Below are positions 29,382 to 37,429 of a DNA stretch of 64,000 nt, piece by piece. Location of the stretch: contig JBGANV010000007.1 in assembly GCA_044222185.1 (NCBI GenBank), forward strand, positions 224,001 to 288,000. The letters run 5' to 3'. A program made the position numbers and the translations under genes. Numbering within the stretch: the stretch's first letter is position 1; each line of letters opens with the position of its first letter. The notes beneath the pieces were generated by a model, which saw only the letters and a program-made list of their open reading frames with translations, was not told the origin of the DNA and did not search any database. The stretch is from Planctomycetota bacterium (GTDB taxonomy: Bacteria; Planctomycetota; GCA-002687715; CAIWVZ01).

Positions 29382-30434
29382 CTACCGAGTGGCGGTCGGG
29401 GCCGACTCGACGACGTCGGTGTACTCGGCGCCGTCCACATCCTTGCGGAAGATCATGAACATCGCGGTGAAAGCGCCGGAAATCCACGAGAGGACGGCGC
29501 CGTCGACGACGACGTTCAGGATCCAGTACATGGCCGAGTGGAGCTTTGCGCAGAGCCAGGCGAAGCCTGACAGGTCGGACCCGTCGCCGCGGACGATCTT
29601 CTCGAGCGTCGCGCTGGCCCAGGGTGGCGTCACGAGCCGCGCAACGTGCTGACGGAGCGCGTCCGCGTCGAACACGATGTTCTCGACGATGTGGACGAAG
29701 GCCGCAAGCAACAGCAGGTAGAAGATCACGACGAATGGCCGTGCGAAGAAGTAGTTGTAGGCCTTGCCGATCGCGTCGTAGGTCCCACGACGCTCGGTGG
29801 CGATGGCGGCCGGTGTCAGTCCCAGGCTCAGGATGCCCGTGATGCCGATGAGCTTGAAAACGATCGTGAACAGGAACGTGACGGGAAGGAGGAGGAAGCT
29901 CGCGATCCATCCGATCCAGGGGACCGACGCGACGAGCCCGATGATCGCGACCACCAACCAGATCACGGCCATCGGCGCGATCACGCACGGGGCGTGAAGC
30001 AGGCTCGTGAAGCGCGTCCCCCAGGCGAAGGTGAACGCTTCGCGCAGGGAGATGTACTGGTCGCGGGCGATGCGCACGGCCATGATCCGCGCGAGCGCGA
30101 CGGAGCTGATCGACCAGATGAGGTAGGCGCCCACGCACTGAAGCGAAAAGACCAGCGCGTAGTGGTCACGGAGCGCGACCTGGGCGTCTGCGGGCACGGC
30201 GGGAGCGACGTCCGCCCAGGCGCCGGTCAGGACCCAGCGGACGATGGATGTCTGGAAACCTCGCACGCAGGCTTCGGCGACCGTGAGGTCGCCGGCGCCG
30301 GTCAGCAGGGCGACGATCCACGTCCAGGCGTGGAACGTGGCCACGGCGGCCGCTCCGATGCCGATGGCGTAGACCGACACCGGAAACCAGAGCACGCGGC
30401 TGAACTTGAAGACCTGATTCGCGTCGCTTTCCAC
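29382..30434 (-). CDS. Multi-pass membrane protein of unknown function
   Basis: 350 aa with about six hydrophobic helices and coding-like codon bias. Confidence 0.75.
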   Translation of the reverse strand: MESDANQVFKFSRVLWFPVSVYAIGIGAAAVATFHAWTWIVALLTGAGDLTVAEACVRGFQTSIVRWVLTGAWADVAPAVPADAQVALRDHYALVFSLQCVGAYLIWSISSVALARIMAVRIARDQYISLREAFTFAWGTRFTSLLHAPCVIAPMAVIWLVVAIIGLVASVPWIGWIASFLLLPVTFLFTIVFKLIGITGILSLGLTPAAIATERRGTYDAIGKAYNYFFARPFVVIFYLLLLAAFVHIVENIVFDADALRQHVARLVTPPWASATLEKIVRGDGSDLSGFAWLCAKLHSAMYWILNVVVDGAVLSWISGAFTAMFMIFRKDVDGAEYTDVVESAPTATR

Positions 30435-30580
30435 GCAGAGTCTCGGGTGACCGTCGCCTTCGGTCAGGATGGCACGAGTGAAGATCGGGTCACGCGGTCA
30501 GTGGGGCCGCCGCGTACGGGGCCCATCGTATGGACCGCGACTTTGGCGAACAAGCCGCACCGCACTGGTATAAGCAGGCC

Positions 30581-31621
30581 ATGAATGACGATCGGGCCCG
30601 TGCACCGCGATACGCGCGCCAGACCGCGTTCCCCCCAATCGGAATCGAAGGTCAGCGCCGGCTCCTGGAATCGCGCGTGGTCGTCGTCGGAGCGGGTGCG
30701 CTCGGGGCGTCGATCGGTGAGCAGCTCGCGCGTAGCGGAATCGGGTTCATCCGCATTCTCGATCGAGACATCCTCGAGGAGTCGAATCTCGGGCGCCAGT
30801 CGCTCTACACGGCGGACGACGTGCGTCGCCGCATGCCGAAGGCCGCCGCGCTCGCGTCTCATTTGAAGGAGTTCAACCCGCAGATCGAGATCGAGGCGCG
30901 GGTCGCCGATCTCGCGCCGGACAACGTGACCGACCATTTCGCCGACGCTCACCTGATCATCGACGGTGCGGACAACCTGGAGACGCGGTACCTCATCAAC
31001 GATTTCGCGGTGCGTGGCGGAACACCGTGGATCTACGGCGGGTGCGTCGGGAGTCGCGGGTTGACGGCGACGGTCCTTCCGGGCGTAACCCCCTGCCTGC
31101 GCTGCCTCTTTCCCGAGGCGCCACCTGCGGGCACGGTCGAGACCTGCGAGACATCGGGGATCATCGCGCCGGCAGCGACCTTGATCGCGAGCCTCGAGGT
31201 CGCCGAGGCTCTGAAAGTCCTCGTCGGCACCACAGACCGCGTGCGTCGCGGCTGGCTCTCCGTGGACCTCTGGTCTTTCCGGATCGTCGAGCTGGGAGCC
31301 GACACGACACCCGATCCCGAGTGCCCCTGTTGTGGTCGGCGCGAGTTCCCTCATCTCGACGGAGTCAACCGGTCGCGCGCGGTCACGTTCTGCGGGCGGG
31401 ACTCCGTGCAGATCGTCCCGGCAAAGCGGGCACCCGTCGAACTCGCCCAGTTCGAGATGCGCTGGCGCGCACTCGGTGCCGTCGACCGCAACGAGTTCCT
31501 CGTCGTCCTGACGCTCCCCGAACATGCCATCACGCTTTTCGCCGACGGTCGCGCCCTGATCCGCGGCACCCGCGATCCCGGGATCGCACGCTCGATCTTC
31601 GACCGCTACGTCGGTTCCTGA
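30581..31621 (+). CDS. ThiF/MoeB family adenylyltransferase
   Basis: RYARQ, VVGAGALG, SNLGRQ, DGADN..TRYLIND, CLRC and CPCC Zn pairs, catalytic-loop TCET.G. Confidence 0.92.
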   Translation: MNDDRARAPRYARQTAFPPIGIEGQRRLLESRVVVVGAGALGASIGEQLARSGIGFIRILDRDILEESNLGRQSLYTADDVRRRMPKAAALASHLKEFNPQIEIEARVADLAPDNVTDHFADAHLIIDGADNLETRYLINDFAVRGGTPWIYGGCVGSRGLTATVLPGVTPCLRCLFPEAPPAGTVETCETSGIIAPAATLIASLEVAEALKVLVGTTDRVRRGWLSVDLWSFRIVELGADTTPDPECPCCGRREFPHLDGVNRSRAVTFCGRDSVQIVPAKRAPVELAQFEMRWRALGAVDRNEFLVVLTLPEHAITLFADGRALIRGTRDPGIARSIFDRYVGS

Positions 31622-31999
31622 ACCCGCCGAAGCGTTCGTGTTCACGTCGCCGGGCTTGGAGCGACAGGCTCGGCCTGGCCGGAGCGCTCGGGCTTTGCGC
31701 GACGCCGCGAACGTCGACCAGCGGTTCTGCCCGAGGCACGCGTCGACGGCCATCGCCGGCAGCACCGCGGGCCTGAGAGCGGCGGGAGGAACCGGCACGG
31801 CAGAGCCCTCCCGTTCACCCATGCAGCGAGCGCCGCACGCTGCCGTTTTCGGTGACCTCCTCTACCGCGCTCGATCGCCGCGCTCTGCGGGTTTCACTGC
31901 CCGCGCTCCTTCGCTTTCGACCCCCGCGCCGTTTCGTTTTCGGTGATGCGTTCACGGCCGCAAGCGTCGAGCGACCGGTTACCACTCCTGCGACGCCGC

Positions 32000-32118
32000 G
32001 GACACGCCGACGCTCCGGACACGCCGACGCCGTGGACACGCCGACGCCGTGGACACGCCGACGCCGTGGACACGCCGACGCCGTGGACACGCCGACGCCG
32101 CGAACATGCCGGCGTCGC
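32000..32118. repeat. 17-bp tandem repeat GGACACGCCGACGCCGT: six near-identical copies plus one degenerate copy
   Basis: Units start at 32000, 32017, 32034, 32051, 32068 and 32085. The degenerate unit GAACATGCCGGCGTCGC starts at 32102. There are no spacers. Confidence 0.92.
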
Positions 32119-32920
32119 GTCGTAGTTGTTCCTGATGTCGCTCACGCCCGGCAGGATCGCCGCCCGCAGGGTCGCCGTCGGCCGTGTCGCCGTCGGCGGC
32201 GCGTAGCTCACGTGGCTGCGGAAGCGCACGAACGGAAGGCCCTGGACCTCGTGGGTGTACGCCGCGAGGATCGGTCGCCTGTCGGTTGTCGTCACTTTCG
32301 GGACCGTGAGGTCGGAAGCAGGGGGCTACGGCGCGCTGTCGACGGTCCCGAGCGCACCCACGCCGGGGACCTCGAGCGTGTCGCCAGGCGTGTTGCCGAG
32401 GGATGCAGACTCGAGGACCGAGGTGTAGTCCGGGGCGCCAGAACCCGAGTCGCGCGAGCTCGAGACCGGGTCCGCGGTCGCGCTGTTGGCGTAGGGGAAG
32501 GCCACGGTGCTGACAACGGCCCCCGTCCCCGGGAGGTTGATGAACCCGGTCGGCACCGTCCCCTCGCGGCCTCGGTCGGGGCGAGCCCCGTGCCTCCGGC
32601 CTCGGAGGCCTGCTCTGAGCAGCCCTGCTGCTCGATGACGGCGCCACGGCGCGGTGCACCGTCGACAGGCATGACGACCGCCGCCGCGACCGCGACCATG
32701 ACGCACGGCTGGATCCAGCTACCGCCACCGGAACCGGTGCCGCCTTGGCCGGAGAGCGGCGAACCGAGTGCGCCGTCCGGCGTTCCCTGCATGGCGGCGC
32801 CGCGCCGTCCAGAGCCTGATCGAAGCCCGGCGCACCGCATCGAGCCGATCCGCGTTTCCAGGAGTTCGCCCGATTGCCGCCCTCGAGCCGAGGCGCCTGT
32901 GACGGCGATCCGGCATCCGC
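32102..32920 (-). pseudogene. Decayed 3' fragment of a third Ig/glycine-rich lipoprotein paralog
   Basis: Separate ORF pieces align to the C-terminus of the neighbours: GALGSPLSGQGGTGSGGGSWIQ..QQGCSEQAS; VPTGF..FPYAN..GAPDYTSVLESASLGN; PILAA..GLPFVRFRSHVSY..LPGVSDI.NNYD. They are interrupted by frameshifts and a stop, with no N-terminus. Confidence 0.85.
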
Positions 32921-32926
32921 GAGACA

Positions 32927-32988
32927 CGGCCGCGTGACGGAGATCACGCGGCCTCGTTCATGAGGCGTCGCCGACGCCCGTCATCCGC
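32927..32988 (-). repeat. 62-bp 3' element (two hairpins), copy B
   Basis: 55 of 62 bases are identical to 37368-37429. Stem GGCCGCGTGA/TCACGCGGCC, but without the U-tract of copy A. Confidence 0.8.
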
Positions 32989-35610
32989 TCAAGGACAGCC
33001 CGGCGCCGTGTCGTAGTTGATCGTGATGTCGTTCACGCTCGGGAGGATCGCGCTCGGCGACGTCGTCGGTGGCGGCGGGAAGGTCACGCGGACCCGGAAC
33101 CGGATCAGGGGATAGCCGTCGAGCTCGCTGATGTTCGCGGCGAGGATCGGTCCGCCGCCGGTCGCAGTCACCTTCAGCGTGGCAAGGTCGGGTGCGGGGT
33201 TCTGAGGTGTACTGTTGACGGCTTCGAAGGCGCCTTCATAGCTGATCTGGAGGGTCGCACCGGGTGCGTTGCCGAGGGAGGAACTCTCGACGACGGACGT
33301 GTAGTCCGGAGCACCGGGGCCGGAGTAGCGGAACTTCGAGATCGCGTCCCCCGATACGGCGTTGGCATACGGGAAGCTCGGTGTGCTGAGCACGGCACCG
33401 GACGGAGGCACGATCGTGAAACCGGTCGGAACGGCACCGGAGCCCGCTTCGATCTGGATGAGTCCTTTGCCGCCTCCGCCCGCAGCCTGGTTCGAGCAGC
33501 CTTGCTGGTTGACGACAGCGCCGACGCGCGCCGGACCGTCGACGTTCATCGTCGCCGTCGTCGCAATCGAAACGGTGGCGAACGCCTGGATCCAGATCTC
33601 GCCGCCGGAGCCCGAGCCCCCGGCGCCGGACAACACGGCTCCGATCGCACCAGGCGCGCCTGCGCATCGGATCTGGCTGCCTGCGCCCTGCGTGTAGCTG
33701 CCCACACACGTGATGCGAATGGAGCCGCCACCTCCGCCGCCACCACCGCCTTGGTCGTCGGTCTGAACGGAGGCCCCGGCGCCGTCGATGTGGTCGCCAC
33801 CACCGCCACCGCCAGAGCCGGCCGATGGTTCCGCGATCGGGGGAACCATGAGTGGCGATACCGGTGAAGCCGCGGAGACCGGCGGAGTGATCGGGCTGAC
33901 GAGCCCGCAGAGCGTCGTGTTGGCGCGCGGACGCCCGCTCTCACCGGTCGTGCCCGCGGTGCCCCCGGCACCGCCGATACCGCCGAGGTCGCCGGCCGAG
34001 CATCCGCTGATCACGGGGAAACATCCCGACCGGCCGCCGGCACCGCCCGCGTACAGCAGGTTTGCCGCGCCCGGAAGTCCGGGTGCACCGGTTGCGAGGC
34101 GCGGGCCGTATCCCGATTCACCGGCGACTGCTCGCACGGCGCATGCCCCCGGGGAACCATCTCCTCCGTCACCGGCACCCGCGTTCCCAACTCCGCCCTT
34201 GGCGATGCACGAAATCCCGCCGCCGTTGTTCAGCGCCCCGGCACGCGCGCCCTGATCGGGCGTGCCGAGAACTGCGGCAGAGGACGTTCCCGCGGATGCA
34301 TCGAGTGTTCCGTTGATGACGACGTTGCCGGTGCAACGGATGTGCGCCTTGTACGGCCCGACCACGCGCAACGTGACACCAGCCGGAATGGCCACGCTCG
34401 GGAAATTGAAGAAGCCATGTCGAGTCGCCGGCGAAGCCGTGTCCAGGTTCGCGCTCGCCACGGGCGTCAACGGCGGATCCGATCCGTCGCCCGTGAGCAG
34501 CGTCGGAAACGTCGTGGTGAGCTGCCCCGTTCCATCCCACTCGCATTCCCCCGACGTCACCGCGCGGTTGGCGATGTCGTCGAAGCTCTCGGTGATCGGC
34601 GCCTGCGGAGCGGCCGCCGTCGCTGTAGTTGCGAGGAACCGCCTCGCCGAGGGGTCGCCAGCCGCCAGCGTGACGCCATTGCCGCCGAAGTCCACGATCA
34701 GGCTGCTGACCACGATCTCGTAGGTGCGCCCGGCGACGAAGGGACGGGCCGCCCTGTAGTTGATCCGCGCTCCCGGCGTGGGGGTCGGCCCGGCGTTGGC
34801 CTGGAAGAACTCGAGGTAGCCAGGGACCTGTGCACCCGTCGCAGCGTCGAGGATCTTCACATGCTCGAGGTCGACGCCTGCGGGATTGATGGGCTCGTTG
34901 AAGAGCAGGGTGACCGTGTTGTCCGCGATCGCGCAGGGGTCGATCGGGCCCGTCGCGGGGTTCGCCGTCGTGGGGATCGTGCCTGCTACGAACGGGGCGC
35001 CCGGCACGGGGTCCACGAATGTGGAGCATTGCGGCGACGCGGTCGGGCAGCCACAGGTCGTGAAGCAGGCGAGGGCGAAGTTCGAGATCGGCTTCGCATC
35101 GATGAAGAGGACGTCCGGCGAGTTGCCACCCTGCGGGACGAAGATCTGGTAGGTGGCATTGGAATACAGCCCGGCGCCGCACAGCTGGCCAATCGTGGCG
35201 GGCGAACTCGGAACGAAGGTGACGCGGCGATTGTTGCCCGCGGGCATGGTTGGATCGTCTTGAACCAAGAATTGCCCGATGGCCGCGACCGACGTCTGCG
35301 TCGTGACGTCGACGGTCGTGATCGAGATCGACCCGAGCGCGAGCCCGCTCTGCGGGACGTGGTTGGGGTCGACGGTACCGTCGAAGTCGAACGCGATGGG
35401 AGCGTTGAGTGCGATGCCCGTCTGACACGTTTGCGGGTCCGTGGGCGCACCGCCGGGCGCGACCCAAAGCGGCGTGTTCGTTCCGACGATCGAGATCTTG
35501 ATGATCGACTTGGCTGTGGCATGGGAGCCCTTTCCGCCGGAACAGCTCGCGAGCATCACCGCGACGAAAAGGATCGTGAATCGAGCGCACAGCGTTGGGT
35601 AACGCAGCAT
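32989..35610 (-). CDS. Lipoprotein with Ig-like domains and a glycine-rich C-terminal region (paralog B, ~873 aa)
   Basis: MLRYPTL..FVAVMLAS-C lipobox; Big_5-like LLFNEPINP..VDFGGN; GGGGGG runs alternating with beta strands (IRI, IWIQ, LIQIE). Colinear with paralog A. Confidence 0.88.
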   Translation of the reverse strand: MLRYPTLCARFTILFVAVMLASCSGGKGSHATAKSIIKISIVGTNTPLWVAPGGAPTDPQTCQTGIALNAPIAFDFDGTVDPNHVPQSGLALGSISITTVDVTTQTSVAAIGQFLVQDDPTMPAGNNRRVTFVPSSPATIGQLCGAGLYSNATYQIFVPQGGNSPDVLFIDAKPISNFALACFTTCGCPTASPQCSTFVDPVPGAPFVAGTIPTTANPATGPIDPCAIADNTVTLLFNEPINPAGVDLEHVKILDAATGAQVPGYLEFFQANAGPTPTPGARINYRAARPFVAGRTYEIVVSSLIVDFGGNGVTLAAGDPSARRFLATTATAAAPQAPITESFDDIANRAVTSGECEWDGTGQLTTTFPTLLTGDGSDPPLTPVASANLDTASPATRHGFFNFPSVAIPAGVTLRVVGPYKAHIRCTGNVVINGTLDASAGTSSAAVLGTPDQGARAGALNNGGGISCIAKGGVGNAGAGDGGDGSPGACAVRAVAGESGYGPRLATGAPGLPGAANLLYAGGAGGRSGCFPVISGCSAGDLGGIGGAGGTAGTTGESGRPRANTTLCGLVSPITPPVSAASPVSPLMVPPIAEPSAGSGGGGGGDHIDGAGASVQTDDQGGGGGGGGGSIRITCVGSYTQGAGSQIRCAGAPGAIGAVLSGAGGSGSGGEIWIQAFATVSIATTATMNVDGPARVGAVVNQQGCSNQAAGGGGKGLIQIEAGSGAVPTGFTIVPPSGAVLSTPSFPYANAVSGDAISKFRYSGPGAPDYTSVVESSSLGNAPGATLQISYEGAFEAVNSTPQNPAPDLATLKVTATGGGPILAANISELDGYPLIRFRVRVTFPPPPTTSPSAILPSVNDITINYDTAPGCP

Positions 35611-35705
35611 CACCAGACCCTCGTTCGGGTCACGACATTCTGGCCGACGAAGGCAGCACGGCGTCGACGCGATCGTAAGACCCGCTTTCTCTGCGGTTCC
35701 GGTAT

Positions 35706-35721
35706 CGCAAGGTCTGTGCCG
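35706..35721 (-). promoter_or_regulatory. sigma54 (-24/-12) promoter motif of paralog B
   Basis: Minus strand CGGCACAGACCTTGCG (GG-N10-GC; GGCAC-N5-TTGC), about 95 bp upstream of the start. Confidence 0.65.
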
Positions 35722-37362
35722 CGGGCTGGCGCGCGCAATCGCACGTGAAAGGTGGCTGCAACGCGAGGACCTGCTCCGTCTGCGTCGATCAGGAAGGCCC
35801 TCGATGCCCGCAAGACGAGCGGAACAGAACGAGCGTTCCGAGCAAATCCGCGCGCTGGCGGCACGGGTGCGCCACGCTCCACGTGGACGGCCCGCGGGGG
35901 CTTCGAGTCGGGCGCGCCCTCCGGCGCGCATCCCTCGCCACACGACGAAACGTGTCTCGTGATTCGTCGGCGTTGAACGCACAGCCCCGCACGCCGGCCA
36001 CCCTCGAGCCGGCGTGGCCTAAGCGGAACGCCACGATTCGCGTGGCCGTCCCGCCAGATTTCGAGCCTCGATGGCCATCGAGCCCGGATGGCTCGCTGCT
36101 GCGCCACGTGCGGCCCGACTGCGAACGCACGACGGCACGGTGACGGACGTCGCGCCGCCGCGTCACTGCGCGTCATCGGCGCCCCTCACGGGTCAGGCGC
36201 AGCACGTTGCGCCGCCTCGATCGATCGTCGTGCGTTGGTCGAGCCACCGTGCCTCGCACGCCCGCCATGCGGTGCCGTGGGTCGGGTCCGCAGGCTACTG
36301 ACCCCGAAGTCGTCAGGCCGCCGGCGCGCCGTGCGAGCACGCGGGCGGCGATCGGTTGCCGGTGACGCAGGGCCTCGGGAATCCACCACTCCTTCCAGCC
36401 GCGCGGTTCGAGGGGCGTGCCGTCCGCGCCCGTCCTCACTCGCCGGCGCCCGTCCTGCGGCTACGTCCTCGTACCGTCGCCGACTTCTCGAGCGCTGATG
36501 ACGAGCGTGGGCGTCGCCGGCGCCCCTTCCCGCAGACGTCGCTTCCGAGAACGTCCAGCTTCGTCGCCCAACTGCGACGGCGCGCGTTCGGCGGCACCGT
36601 CGTCGATCTCGAAGTGACCGACGTCGACGCAGCGATCGAGAGCCACCCGGTTCTCCCGCGGGTCCGAGGTCCCCATGCCGATCGGCGCACGCACGAGCAC
36701 TTTCGGGCGACCCGCCGTCATCCTGTCTTCGATTCTCTTCAAGCGAGGAACCGGTTCACGCTGCCGCGATGCGCACGTCGTCTGGTGACCGCATCGATCG
36801 ACGCCTGGATCTCCGCGTGACCTTCGAGGCCGGGACCGCGGATGGGACCTCCGCCGTCACCGTGGCTCGGATCGTCCGCTGCCGGTTGGACTCCTGTTGC
36901 CTCGAAGTGGCCGTCACGGCGGCGTGAGGCGACCGAGGACTGCGTGATGGATGGAACCACGACCACGGAAACCAGTGACGGCATTGCGATCGGCCACCCG
37001 ACGACGCGCATGCGGTCGCAGGAACTGCCGATTGCACGAGCCGTCCCTCCGTCGGCGACCGTCAACGGCGTGCGACCCGCTCCGTCGAGATCACTGATGC
37101 CGCCGGTCGTACGGCCGGCGATGAAAGTCCCAGGCGTCCCCTCGACCTTCGCGAGCGGTCAACGAGTCGGAGCGATCGCGTCCGGGCGTGCCAGGGAATT
37201 CGCAGGTACTTCAACCGGCTGCCAGGGGGGACACCCGGGCGATTCCATGCCCGCTGCCATGCGAACGTCCAATGCGCAGTTCTCCGCGAGGCGACGGCGA
37301 CGTCGGCACCCGCCACGGGGGCGTGCAAGCCGAGAACGGTTGCGAGCGACCGGCCCTCGACG

Positions 37363-37395
37363 AAAAACGGCCGCGTGACGGAGGTCACGCGGCCG
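37363..37395 (-). terminator. Intrinsic terminator of paralog A (part of 62-bp element copy A, 37368-37429)
   Basis: Perfect 12-bp stem CGGCCGCGTGAC/GTCACGCGGCCG with a 4-nt loop, followed by TTTTT on the minus strand. Confidence 0.85.
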
Positions 37396-37429
37396 CATTC
37401 ATGAGGCGTCGTCGACGCCCGTCACACGA

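Noticed and set aside
32000-32118. CRISPR array
   Set aside because: The 17-bp units are head-to-tail with no spacers, and there are no cas genes in the window.
32102-33700. Diversity-generating retroelement template/variable repeat pair
   Set aside because: Differences between the remnant and the intact genes are not adenine-specific and include indels. No reverse transcriptase is present in the window.
35611-35982. N-terminal extension of the 997-aa ORF
   Set aside because: Arg-rich non-coding-like sequence upstream of the signal peptide, and it contains the sigma54 motif.
36461-36742. 93-aa ORF that looks partly protein-like (LDRCVDVGHFEIDDG)
   Set aside because: No RBS or family motif that I can recognise. 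It may be eroded gene debris but cannot be assigned.
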